Assembly: GCF_006345805.1 (NCBI RefSeq)
Contig: NC_042997.1
Coordinates: 8,990,001 to 9,054,000 of the forward strand
Length of the DNA: 64,000 nt
Source: Octopus sinensis
Taxonomy: Eukaryota
Reading direction: 5' to 3'
The position numbers were made by a program, and so were the translations under genes. Of this stretch, positions 1-12,473 are shown piece by piece. Each line of letters opens with the position of its first letter. Position 1 is the stretch's first letter. Below the pieces are notes generated by a model, which did not search any database, had not been told where the DNA came from, and worked only from the letters and a program-made list of their open reading frames with translations.

Positions 1-200
1 CAACAGGGCATACTGCCATCATTTCTCTCTAGTCTATGCATGTCTCCTGCATTCAGAGCCCATGTCTCACTACCATAGAGCATAGCCGTTCGTACACAAG
101 CATCATACAATCTACCATTCATTATGAGAGACACAAAGAGTTCGTTTGTTGCCAACAAAGATAACTGCTTTTGAACTTCCTCTATCCTAAACAATATTTT
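1..200 (-). mobile_element. RTE-clade LINE reverse transcriptase C-terminal fragment
   Basis: Minus-strand translation NGRLYDACVRTAMLYGSETWALNAGDMHRLERND matches the RTE 'LY..CVR..MLYGSETW' motif. Confidence 0.8.
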
Positions 201-1602
201 CAGAACATCCTCCACCATTGCTAATTCGGTCAACTAAGTAACAGAAACTAACTACAACCTCAAGGGAGTCTCCTGAGGATTTGAGAGAATCTAAGTCATG
301 TGCGCTCGTAGTGCTTATACAAAGACGACCTTATCTGTTGATCTACCTGTGATTCTACTGCACCTCTTGTGTGTCCATAGCTTACACTGGGTGCAATGAA
401 TGGAATTACTTCCCATTCGTTTCCTACATATTGAGCAGGGTCACATATATGTATATAGATATGTGTGTGTGTATATATAGACACGTATACACACACATGT
501 ATATATATATATATATATATGTATATACACTCACTTGTATGTGTCCTCACTAATTCTCATAGGCAATTAAGTTTATCTTATGAGAAAATTTAAATCAAAC
601 TTACATTTTTCAAAATAGTGCATATATTACAGGTATATTGGAAAAATTATTTGAACTAATTCTGAATGTTGTAGCAACACACTAAAAACTGAATATGAAT
701 GTGTGATGAACCAAGTTCATATGGCATTCCAAAGGGTCCTACATGTAGCTCTGCTTTGCTTTCATCCTCTAACATTGGGGCCCTAGATGTTATGAAACAG
801 ATCTCAATTTAAGCTATTCACTGCTTTGGGAAGCTAGATCTGTTATTTTATTCACCCTCAATCCAATTTAGTTTGAAGTTATTGTAGAGTATAATGTGCA
901 CCAAGAACTATATGACCGACCAGACTTTGTAATCCAGAGAAAGCAGTTTGAAGCTGAAGGAATTGTTAGTAGAAACTGTGAAGAATGCACTTGGAAAAGT
1001 TTAATACTTATTTGATTAAAGGAATTACAGAAGAGAATTCTTCTGCTTATGTATTTGAAAATAGTCTTGGAACAACAAACTGTGGAAGATGAATTCTCAA
1101 TATTAATTTCTGAAGAATTTTCGTGTATTGTTTTAGAATTCTTAAAAACCATTTTGAAGCATCCAAACTAAGCATCCAAAGAATAAGTCCTGGGGTCAAT
1201 TTGCTCAACTAAAGATGGTGCTCCATCATGGCCACAGTCAAATGACTGAAACAAGTAAAAGAGTAACTTCCATAGAGCCACAGAGACATTTAAGGAAATC
1301 AGCTTCCCATGTACCTGTGGTCTTTATAACTCCTGTACATTTCCCACAGGTAAACACTACTTTCTCTAAACATATATGTGATGGACTCTCCTACTGAAGA
1401 TGACAACTATTGCTTTCAACTATTGCTGAACAACGTGCACAAATGATTTACTTATAGTGACCAACTGTTCATGCCACACATTAGCTGACTATCTCCATCA
1501 AATTTACATTGTCTGAACAGGTGTATGATGTACCATATGTCAGGTGTCGAAGGGATTGCAGATCAATGTGAGAGAAACTGTTTTGCAAGTTGTCTACAAA
1601 AC

Positions 1603-1680
<78 letters not shown>

Positions 1681-1681
<1 letters not shown>

Positions 1682-1850
1682 CATCATCATCATCATCATC
1701 ATCGTTTAGCGTCCGTTTTCCATGCTAGCATGGGTTGGACGGGTCAACTGGGGTCTGTGAAGCTGGAAGGCTTCGTCAGGCCCAGTCAGATCTGGCAGTG
1801 TTTCTACGGCTGGATGCCCTTCCTAACGCCAACCACTCCGCGAGTGTAAT
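1681..1850 (-). mobile_element. RTE LINE 3' end with (GAT)n tail
   Basis: (CAT)n followed by cgtttagcgtccgttttccatgctagcatggg...ggatgcccttcctaacgccaacca; same sequence as the 3' UTR attached to RTE ORF ends at 54285-54920. Confidence 0.8.
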
Positions 1851-1880
1851 ATATATATTTATATATATATGTATATATAT

Positions 1881-2376
1881 GTGGAGGCACATGGCATAGT
1901 GGTTAGGGAGTTAGCATCATGATTGTAAGATTGTGGTTTCGATTCCTGGACCAGGCGACGCGTTGTGTTTTTGAGCAAAGCACTTCATTTCACATTGCTC
2001 CAGTTCACTCAGCTGGCAAAAATGAGTAACGCTGCAATGGACTAGCGTCCTGTCCAACTGGGGAACACATACGCCATAGAAACCAGGCCCATGAGCCTGG
2101 CTAGGCTTTATAAAAGGCTCATTTATTTGTGAAGGCATGTGGCTTAGTGGTTAGGGTGTCAGCACCATGATCGTAAAATTGTGGTTTCGATTCCTGGATT
2201 GGGCGATGCATTGTGTTCTTGAGCAAAGCACTTCATTTCACATTGCTCCAGTCAGCTGGCAAAAATGAGTAACGCTGCAATGGACTGGTGTCCCATCCAG
2301 CTGGGGAACACATATGTCATGGAAACCGGGAAACCAGGCCCATGAGCCTGGCTAGGCTTTAAAAGGTCACATTTAT
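1881..2376 (+). mobile_element. Two tandem copies of tRNA-headed SINE family B (1881-2128, 2129-2376)
   Basis: Pol III A-box (tggcatagtgg) and B-box (ggtttcgattcc), shared body ttgagcaaagcacttcatttcacattgctccag, and end gagcctggctaggcttt. Confidence 0.85.
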
Positions 2377-2384
2377 ATATATAT

Positions 2385-2670
2385 CAGTGCTGCCTGACAG
2401 GCACTCATGCCAGTGGCATGTACAAAGCACCATTTGGGCATAGTCAATGCCAGTGCCACCTGACTGGCTCCCATGCCAGTAGCACGTAAAAAGCACCCAC
2501 TACACTCTCAGAGTGGTTGGCATTAGGAAGGGCATCTAGGTGTAGAAACCTTGCCAGATCAGATCGGAGCCTGGTGCAGCCTCCTGGTTTGCGAGTCCTC
2601 AATCAAACCATCCAACCCATGCCAGCATGGAAAGCAGATGTCAAACAATGATGATAATGATGATGATATA
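2385..2670 (+). mobile_element. RTE LINE 3' end
   Basis: gccagtggcatgt..aaagcacc units, tggttggcattaggaagggcatc motif, (GAT)n tail. Confidence 0.8.
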
Positions 2671-3029
2671 TATCTGCAAATAGTGAGAAAAGAGAGAAGA
2701 TGATTTTTGTATACATATAATGTAGAATAGTTCATTCTAAGTGGGTTTAAATTTTCCTCCTATGGTTTACATTGAACATTAAACAATTACCTCTACTCCA
2801 GAAACATAACTAAGCTAGAATGCTATCACAAAAAATAAAATGAAAGAGAAATGATATAGCACCATATGAATGATATAATAGAGCCATAACATTGGATCTC
2901 TAATACAGGTTTGCACCCCTCCCCCACGGGCATATCATACTTCATTATAAAATATATAAGGGTTCCAATAACAGGCGAGAATCAAAATATGACACACACA
3001 CAGAATGTTATGTTCAGAATACTGAGCAG

Positions 3030-4360
3030 CAGTAGTGGTGGTGGTGGTGGTGATGGTGGTAGTCTGGTGGTCATAGTAGTTGTAATGGTGGTCATAGTAG
3101 TTGTAATGGTGGTCATAGTACTAGTAGGTGGTGGTGGTAGTGGTATTGGTGGCAGCAGTGGTAATTGTCTCATCATTGTGGTAGTGGTTGTCAATTGGTG
3201 GTGATGGTGGTGGTCTGGTGGTCATAGTGGTGATGGTGGTCATAGTAGTTGTAATGGTGGTCATAGTACTAGTAGTGGTGGTGGTGGTAGTGGTTGTATT
3301 GGTGGCAGCAGCAGCAGTGGTAATTGTCATCATCAGGTAGTGTTGTCATATTGGTGGTGAGTGGTGGTCTGGTCATAGTATTTGTGATGGTGGTCATAGT
3401 AGTTGTAATGGTGGTCAGTACTAGTGTGGTGGTGGTGGTAGTGGTTTTATTGGTCAGCAGCAGCATGGTAATTGTCATCATCATTGTGGTGGTGGTTGTC
3501 ATATTGGTGGTGATGGTGGTGGTCTGGTGGTCATAGTATTTGTGATGGTGGTCATAGTAGTTGTAATGGTGGTCATAGTACTAGTAGTGGTGGTGGTGGT
3601 AGTGGTTGTATTGGTGGCAGCAGCAGCAGTGGTAATTGTCATCATCATTGTGGTGGTGGTTGTCATATTGGTGGTGATGGTGGTGGTCTGGTGGTCATAG
3701 TATTTGTGATGGTGGTCATAGTAGTTGTAATGGTGGTCATAGTACTAGTAGTGGTGGTGGTGGTAGTGGTTGTATTGGTGGCAGCAGCAGCAGTGGTAAT
3801 TGTCATCATCATTGTGGTGGTGGTGGTGGTGGTTGTCATATTGGTGGTGATGGTGGTGGTCTGGTGGTCATAGTATTTGTGATAGTGGTCATAGTAGTAG
3901 TAGTAGTAGCAGTTAGTAGTGGTGGTGGTGTGGTTGTATTGGTGGCAGCAGCAGCAGTGTAATTGTCATCATCATTGTGGTGGTGGTTCATATTGTGGTG
4001 ATGGTGGTGTCTGGTGGTCATAGATTTGTGATGTGGTCATAGTAGTTGTAATGGTGGTCATAGTACTAGTAGTGGTGGTGGTGGTAGTGGTTGTATTGGT
4101 GGCAGCAGCAGCAGTGGTAATTGTCATCATCATTGTGGTGGTGGTGGTGGTGGTGGTGTTGTCATATTGGTGGTGATGGTGGTGGTCTGGTGGTCATAGT
4201 ATTTGTGATAGTGGTCATAGTAGTAGTAGTAGTAGCAGTAGTAGTGGTGGTGGTGCTGGTAGTGGTGGTGGTGCTGGTCTTCATTGTCATCGCAATCATT
4301 GTCGTCATCGTTGTCGCAGCAGTAGCAGCAGCAGCAGCAGCAGTAGTTGTAGTAGTATGA
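3030..4360. repeat. Higher-order minisatellite, ~160-bp unit x ~7, built from GTG/GTA/GCA triplets
   Basis: Marker attgtc recurs at 3164, 3323, 3471, 3635, 3799, 3962, 4120 (spacing 148-164 bp). Confidence 0.9.
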
Positions 4361-4582
4361 TAATGATGGAGCTGCATGTATTAGCATTCCTCCTCATTTG
4401 CCACATCGAATTAAGCATAGCATTCTTGGCTGATGATAACGCAATAAGCCATAGATAGTTTTGTTTTCTAATTTTTTTTTTTCTTTCTAACCTGGACTTT
4501 GTTGTTTTGTTTTAGGGCAGTTATGTGTTTGTAAAGAATGTGTGAACACCACCACCACCACCACCACCACCACTACCACCAC

Positions 4583-4623
<41 letters not shown>

Positions 4624-6625
4624 CTATTACCATCACTGTTATTTTGTTTTATTTGTTACATGTTTCATTTTACCAATTTCATTCAGGATGGAACTACTTC
4701 TAAATGGATTTCCTTAACACTTCGTGATTCTAGTTATATAATATTACATTTTTTTAGACAGTTTTTTTTTTTATCATGCTCAGTTCTTCTCTTCTTGCTG
4801 TTTACCTTCTTTTTATTTTTTTTATTTTTTTCAGCATGTCATCTCTCTAAACCTCTCTCCATCTCTTTCCTTTATAAGTAGTTTCGTTGAACATTTACAA
4901 TCTTTCTTTCAAATTTTATTGTAGAGGCACCCGCCTCTCATACCTATATCATTATCTCTTTGTGCATCTTAATCTACATTTCATCCTCTCTCTCTCCATT
5001 TTATGTTCTTTTCTCTTGTTTAGTTTTATTCTCTTATTTTCATCTTAGTTAATACCTATGTATTATTTCTTCTCATAAAAAGAAAAATCTGTTTCTTTTG
5101 TCAGTATGTCTATCTCTCCATCCATGCATCAATTCTTCTGTTTATATGTATATATAACATAATATTGGGAGTGTATGTATGTGCATGATTGATTGAGAAG
5201 GTTATATTCTTATGTAATGTTTCTTAGCATATTTTACCTTACTTTAAAATCTCAAACTTTTAAAGCATGAAGCTTAACTACACTTACTGGATTAAACATT
5301 TGTACATACATACATACATATAAATATATATATATATATATATATATTTAGTGCCAAGATCATTTTGTTGACTGTCTTGCTCCCTACAAATGGGGAATGA
5401 GAAATATCAAAATCCACTACCATGACAGCTAAAATATTCTCATTTCATTATGCCATCGTATCCATTTTCTGTTTATTGGCTGCAAGCTGTCTTCTCTGGA
5501 ATTTTCGTGTGGTCTTCTCATTATACCTTCAATGGAAAATCTTAATTTATCAAATGAGATAAGATTGTGGAAGTAATTAAAATATTTTCCTATGCAAAGT
5601 CTTCAATAAATGGCTTTCTCAGAACAAGAATTTTTATTTGTTGGATAAATTTCAGGAACAAGCCATACAAAAGATCCAGATTATTTTAAGTATTTGTATT
5701 TTCACAAGGTATATTTAGATGCATTTCTTCCTTGTAAAATAATTCAATAAGAAAATGGGTATCAGATTTCTTGTTGCTGAAACCTAGTTTTGTGATTTTT
5801 CTCTTCTCTTAAACTTGAGGTGTTGTGATTTTGTTTCTCCTTTTTCTTTTTTTTATTATTGACTTTCTTCCTGGTTTCAAGGATCCCCACTTCTTTGAAG
5901 ATGGCAAGTGTTTAGATCCTTTGTTAGAATAATTAGGATTAACACAGTTGAAAACCTTATGTTATCTAATTACATAAAATATGCAAAAAAAAAACTATAA
6001 GAAAAATGTTTGCATTATGCAATCATAAAAAAATTTGGAATGAATGGAATGAAGTAAAAAATTAGGGTAAGGAACTAAACAAGAAATAAAAGAATAAAAA
6101 TAGAATATAAAAAAGACTTTTCCTGATTTCATAACTACACTCATATGATCAAAGTAATTATATTATAACAAAAAACTGATTTCTACAATGACATTTTGCA
6201 AAATTTAGAAAGAAAAGTTTAGATTTATGCAGGTGTTTCATTGTTTTGAAATCAAGGTGTAAGTAGACATGTCTTATAAACATATGTCGTGTTTATCTCG
6301 CCACAAATACATATTCTTTTACATGCATATCTGTGTGCTTATGCATTTTGTATAGAGCGTTTTATTCAAACGTAACTGGTTAAAATTATGAAAAATAAAA
6401 TTTTTACACTCATTTTCAAATGATTTCTCAAGTTAACTTTGTCTTCTATCTGGGGAAGGGGTTTAAAAGTGGGTTTGACTGACTTTTAGGGGATCTTTAA
6501 AAGCTATTATTTGAATGAGCAGTGTTGATTATTGGACTGTGCTATAAAATAAGCTATGCTTGAATGAATTCTGAATTTGTGGGATTCCTTATTCAGTTGA
6601 AATTATATTGTTAGTAAGTCTAAAC

Positions 6626-6840
6626 CAGTGGTTCTCAAATGGCATCCACATGACACCTGGGGGTCCAAATAAAAGTTTTGAGGGCCCACACAAGCAAAAA
6701 AATAAAATGAGTACACACAGTAGTATATTAAAATTTTGCTTTAGACATATTTATTGGAAGAAACAGCAAATTTTCTTTCTCTAATGTTTCACCCAAAAGA
6801 AACTGGAATTTTGCAGTATTATTATATTCATTTAGTTTTA
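6626..6840 (+). mobile_element. hAT (Charlie-like) left end fragment
   Basis: cagtggttctcaaa terminus preceded by gtctaaac, a Charlie-type 8-bp target; no right end found. Confidence 0.5.
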
Positions 6841-6849
6841 TATGTTTAT

Positions 6850-7606
6850 ACTTTTATCACCTTCAAAGTATTCTCCATCTGAAGCAATGCATTGTTCCAG
6901 GCACGTTTTCCACTGTTCAAAGTAGTGTTGGAACTCTTAGGAAGTGATGCCTTTTAATACCTCTGCCATTTTTTTCTTCACCTCTTTCGCATCTGCAAAT
7001 TCCCTAGCACCAGCTTTCATCACCAGTGATGACCTTTGAAAAATGGTCTGGATCAACTTCCAACTGTTCTTTCAGTTCACGGCACACATTCCATCATGAC
7101 TGCTTTTGGTCTTCTATGAGCAAGCAAGACACAAATTTTGCTGCAACTCTTTTCATTTGCAATTCCTCACTCAAGATTCGTTGGCAAGAGCTCCAGGTTA
7201 CACCAGTCATAGAAACAAGTAAGTCAATTGTTCAGTAAAGTTCCTCCAAAATCAGTTCCTGAATTTCCATGATGCTTTCATTCATTTGGGAAGTTGACAG
7301 TCATCCTGAATGAGGTTGGTCTTCCAGCAACAAGTGACCATTCCTAAGGCATGGAAGCCACAGAAGAAAACAAAATTTCATGGAAGCACGCTGTTCCTTT
7401 GTTTCAGTCATTGCAAAAATCAACAAGCAGTAGAGAAGCACTGCAAAACAAAGACATACCATATGCCAGTATAAATTTATTCGACAATGCTGGTAGGCAG
7501 GCAGATGCCTGAGGGTTGCATCAAGTGACTTGTAGTGGCAAATGCCTGAACTATAACAGGTTTGTCCCACAAAGAACGTTTTCAGTTATTTTTGAGTACT
7601 CCCTTG
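6850..7606 (-). mobile_element. Internally deleted mariner transposon
   Basis: Minus strand encodes ETKEQRASMKFCFLL, ILSEELQMKRVAAKFV, FSKVITGDESWC joined directly to FADAKEVKKK...GEYFEGD; TA-flanked terminus caagggagtactcaaaaataactgaaa at 7606. Confidence 0.85.
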
Positions 7607-7807
7607 TATGTCTATACATACACAGACTTATGCAAGTATACACATACACATATTTACACAGATAAATCGATATAATGTGTCTTTTTTAATTGTTTCAGTC
7701 ATTAGACTATAGCCATGCTGTTGACGATATATATATATATTTATATATACACATGTATCTATATACATATACATATATATATGTATATATATATTGATAT
7801 ATATATG

Positions 7808-7841
<34 letters not shown>

Positions 7842-7859
7842 TATATCAAAATAAAAATC

Positions 7860-8190
7860 AAGTGGAAATTGCAGTTGTTGTACCTGTGCTGGTAGCATGT
7901 AAATAGCACCATCCAAATGTGGCCTATGCCAGCGCTGCTTTGACTGGCTTCCATGCCGGTGGCACATAGAAAGCACCAATTGATTGTGGCCACTGCCAGC
8001 CTCCCTTGGCATGTAAAAGCACCCACTACACTCACGGAGTGGTTGGCGTTAGGAAGAGCATCCAGCTGAAGAAACACTGCCAGATCAGACGAGCCTGGGG
8101 CAGCCTCCTGGCTTCCCAGACCCCTGTCGAACCGTCCAACCCATTCTAGCATGGAAAACGGACATTAAACGATGATGATGATGATATATA
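7860..8190 (+). mobile_element. RTE LINE 3' end
   Basis: Same 3' UTR motifs and (GAT)n tail. Confidence 0.8.
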
Positions 8191-9616
8191 TATATATAAA
8201 ACTCCTGCCTTGTTAGTCTGACTTCATCATGTTTTTGGTGATTAAACTATTTGTTCCTTTCTATGATGCTCTACCCTACTGATCATATTATGTATATTTG
8301 TAATGGCTTGTATGTAAATAAGTCCCCTAGAAACTATAAAACCTTATATGTAATAGAACCTGTAACATTGCAAATTATAAAATCTCTTCAGTCTGAATAC
8401 CTGCAGCTGCCCTCACAACTCCTATACCTAATACTTCCTCTTTTGGGGTTATCTTTATCTCTTCCCTTCCTCAAATTTTAATACCCTGTCTCTTTAGATC
8501 TAAGTTATATATATTTCTTTATCCTTTTCTATAAATTCTTATTATTTTGTTTTCTTACTTTGATATCCTTACCTATTAACCTCTTATCCCTATAAATGTT
8601 ACTGTTCTTAAATAGAGATAGATAATTTATAGTTATTTAAGTCTATGCAAGAAGGTCATACTATATCCATAAAAATGTATAAATATGTGTGTATCTGTGC
8701 ACATAGATAAATATGGGTGTGTATCTGTACACAATTTTTTTTTCTGATTCTTGGCTTATAATTAATATAGTGATAGCATATTTGTCTTTCCAGTATTTCA
8801 TAAGTAAATGCCCAGAGCAGTCTTTATAGAAACCACCTAATAAGTAAATAATTAAGCATATGAATGAATATTAAACTGATTCTATGTAATCTTTCCCTTT
8901 TAATGTTGAAAGTTGATATATATACACATTTTTATCTATTTTGGCTATGATATCATTTTTGATAATCTTAAATTTTATCAGTATACAACATAACAATATT
9001 GTTTATAAATAATCACCCATATTAACCCATGATAAAATTCCCTCTGTATTAACATCACAGGTTTTATTAGCATCTTGCCCCTTTAACTGATAATTAACAT
9101 CATGATTTGGGGTCTTCCCCTACCCAGCCTCCTTTATAGACAGATACTTTATACCCAATTTACTACTCCTAAAATCTTGAAAATATTTATGACCATACCT
9201 AGCTATGAGCTGTCAAATCACTTTGCCTTTCATTCTAAACAGACAGTCCTCTAGTTTTCGATTTAGTAGTGTATAAAAAGACTAATAAATTAAAAATGAA
9301 CCGCAATCCTTTACAAGCTATACCCCAGTAAGCTTCCTACATTTCTAGGAAGTGTAAAATATTCATAGCTACAATAGCGACAACATGGATTTCTTCTATC
9401 TCCATGCTCTGTTAAAGTATTTGAGTATAATTATATTGATATGTCCAACTGATTAAAATTCTATTTATTTCTGTGTGCAGCTGATGATAGTCCTGTATTT
9501 TAAAAGGATGTAATGATTGCATTGTTTAATTAAATGGAGCTGCTTGAAATGGTCATACTGCATCACTTCTTGATATCCTGTTGCTTATTTTGATTTTATA
9601 TATATATGCACATATA

Positions 9617-9648
<32 letters not shown>

Positions 9649-9918
9649 CATTCACTCGTGAATTTCATCACACACACACAACATGGACCAAATTTCTTCT
9701 TAAGAAAAAATATATATTCAAATAAATAAAACATAATATCATGAATAGCGATAGCGAAACCGGTCGATATATTGAAAATTATATTAAAACCATGTAAGTG
9801 TGCATATTTTTCTTTTTTAATTTCTTATATACATTACAACCCACCACGCGGGGATTATTGAAATTCCTCTTTTCTGTTACTACTATATATATTTTTAGAA
9901 AGAGATATATATATGTAT

Positions 9919-9956
<38 letters not shown>

Positions 9957-9959
9957 CAT

Positions 9960-10550
9960 TATCATCATAGTCGTTTAACATCTGCTTTCCATGCTGGCAT
10001 GGGTTAGAAGGTTTGACAGAAGGTTGGCAAGCCAGAAGGTTGGCAAGGCAGAAGGTTGGCAAGCCAGAAGGCTGCATCAAGCTCCAATCTGATCTGGCAA
10101 GGTTTCTACAGCTGGATGCCCTTCCTAACACCAACCATTCTAAGAGTGTAGTGGGTGATTTTTACGTACCATGATGGCCAGTCAGGTGGTACTGACATTG
10201 ACCACGCTTGAATAGTGCTTTTTATGTGCCACCCACACGGGACCAGTCAGCCGGCACTGGCAACAACCATGCTCAAATGGTGCTTTTTATGTGCTACAGA
10301 CACAGAGGCCAGTCAGGCAGCACTGGCAATGATCACACTCATTTATAACAAAAGTGCAAAGTCAAGCCAAGGAGACACTCGCACATACAATAGGCTTCTT
10401 TTCAGTTTCCCATTACCAAATTCATTGGCAAGGCTATAAAATGTCCAGCACTATAATAGTAGATTCTTGCCCAAGGTGCCACACATGGGACTGAACTTGA
10501 AACTTTGTGGTTGCAAAGCAAACTTGTTAATCACTTCGCCATTCCTGCAT
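9960..10550 (-). mobile_element. RTE LINE 3' end (9960-10340) plus SINE family A 5' part (10370-10550)
   Basis: RTE 3' UTR with an internal 16-bp triplication agaaggttggcaagcc; reverse complement of the family A head. Confidence 0.7.
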
Positions 10551-10730
10551 GTGTGTATTTGTGTATGCGTGTGTGTGTGTGTGTGTGTGCATGTGTGTGT
10601 GTGTGTGTGTGTGTGTGTTGTGTGAGTGTGAGTGTGAGTGAATGAACAGACAAAAGAAAGTAGCACTCAAGACTTAGTAGAAGTTACATATATTTTTGAT
10701 AACATTTTGATTAAGTTTCACATTACTTAA

Positions 10731-10951
10731 CCCTTTCATTACCAACCCAGCTGAAACTGGCTCTGGCTCCAAGTACAAATGTCTTGTTTTCATAAGTTTT
10801 GAATTAAAAATCTTCCACCAAACCTTAGTCACAATTTATGTTCCTAACAGTAGCTGAACGATAACTAAGTTATTTTACTAAATGCTTTGTTATATTTAAA
10901 GTAATTGAAAGAAACACAAAGCATCTCAAAATAAATACACTAACAAAAGGG
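10731..10951. mobile_element. piggyBac-type MITE
   Basis: TTAA at 10727-10730 and 10952-10955 flanking ccctttcattac ... ctaacaaaaggg imperfect TIRs. Confidence 0.7.
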
Positions 10952-11239
10952 TTAAAGTTTGTTGGCATGTAGGACACATCCATCACATCAGATGCTAGAA
11001 GGCAGAAGGGTAGTTCTGAGAAAAATTCAAGATAAATTCTGTTTAGACATTTATTGATCATGTGGTATTAATATTATCAAAATGGCACCAACTATTTTCT
11101 TTATTTTAAAGTCTACATGTTTGGATAGAATGTGGGAAGGGTGCTGTTATGACTTTAGCATCAGGTTGTAGCATAGTATATTCAGTAACACACCTACAAC
11201 CAATGGTTACATAGCCACCCATGATGGTCATACACTCAC

Positions 11240-11302
11240 AATTGTATTCAACACCATCACGTCCAACATAAGGACTGCTGCCACTAATGTGTTCATTGTC
11301 CA
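11240..11302 (-). CDS. Candidate 63-nt phase-1/1 coding exon (DNEHISGSSPYVGRDGVEYN), product unknown
   Basis: ttgttcag acceptor, perfect gtgagt donor, open frame, non-repetitive sequence; no homology recognised. Confidence 0.25.
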
Positions 11303-11377
11303 CTGAACAAACTCTATGCTATTGACTCACGACCATGTGCAGTACCCACTGTGTGTGTGTTGTATAACTTTATAAAA

Positions 11378-11632
11378 AAATAAATGCACCCTTTTAAAGC
11401 CTAGCCAGGCTCATGGGCCCAGTTTCCTGGTTTCTATGGCGTATGTGTTCCCCAGCTGGATGGGACGCCAGTCCAACGCAGCGATACTTATTTTGGCCAC
11501 CTGAGTGGACTGGAGCAATGTGAAATGAAGTATTTTGCTCAAGAACACAACGCGTCGCCTGGTCCAGGAATCGAAACCCCAATCTTACGATCATGATGCT
11601 GACACCCTTACCCCTAAGCCACGCACCCCCAC
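11378..11632 (-). mobile_element. SINE family B
   Basis: Reverse complement of the 1881-2128 family. Confidence 0.85.
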
Positions 11633-12384
11633 TTTACTGAGATTATTTAATGTATTTTACATAAAAGGCATTTGTTAACAAAGGAGCTTTTTTCAAACAT
11701 TTTGTTAGCTAATGTATGTTTGTGAATGTGTGTGTGTGAAAGGTGGTCGTAAAATTTCTATTTCTTGGTACCTGATCACCTTCTTGGATATCTGAAAGTC
11801 TCTGGAGTAGTATATTGATTAGATGCTTATCATTGTAATACATCTAAGCTTTTCTCTTTTAATTATCACAAGGAAATAGTGTGACATTTCAAACAGTCTT
11901 TTTCTAATGACATCCTTGTTTATTTGGACTCATTTCGAAATGCTACATGTTTTTCTTTAGAATTAGCAGTCCCCTAAGTCTTAGTTTTTTTTTTCTCTTC
12001 TAGATTACTCCATCTATCATCTTTTTCTACTTTCTTTTCCTTTGCCATCAAATACTACATTCTGTTTTCCTTTGCACCTCAACCCAGCACCAAATCTCTC
12101 ACCAATCCCATTATTATGTAAAGTCTTGCTATGGTAAGTGTCTACCTCCTCCACCTCTCATTTCTAGCATATTACTTCCTTAAGGATTAACCGTATGAAT
12201 ATCCATTTCCCTTCCATACTCATTAATGTCGTTAATTCTGTATTGTTGAAATGTAGTAAACATTGTTATGTAAAGGATTGCTATCTCTGAGATATTTTGT
12301 ATTTTCCACACCTATCTTCTCTCATACACTTCAGCCTAAAAATATTTAGTGCTAATTTATACCGAGAAACATCTTACTTTTCAG

Positions 12385-12473
12385 AACGATTTCCTTAATT
12401 CTTGACAACCTGTGTGTTGTGGACTCTCAGACATGTCAGAATGAAATTGATCTAGCTTTTTGTTTCATCTTAG
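12385..12473 (+). CDS. Candidate 89-nt exon (TISLILDNLCVVDSQTCQNEIDLAFCFIL), product unknown
   Basis: ttacttttcag acceptor, AG|gtaata donor, one open frame; the donor region could equally be an acceptor. Confidence 0.15.

Noticed and set aside
868-1160. Protein-like plus-strand stretch (FEVIVEYNVHQELYDRPDF...) after a possible acceptor
   Set aside because: Stops occur in each frame, there is no good donor and no motif was recognised; it may be an old transposon remnant but this is unsupported.
1881-1960. tRNA-like sequences at SINE heads (also 19630, 21879, 23161, 46425)
   Set aside because: A/B boxes are present but there is no complete cloverleaf or acceptor stem, and each continues into a SINE body; they are not tRNA genes.
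3030-4360. Regularly spaced repeats suggestive of a CRISPR array or mucin gene
   Set aside because: No unique spacers, eukaryotic context, and unit lengths break the reading frame.
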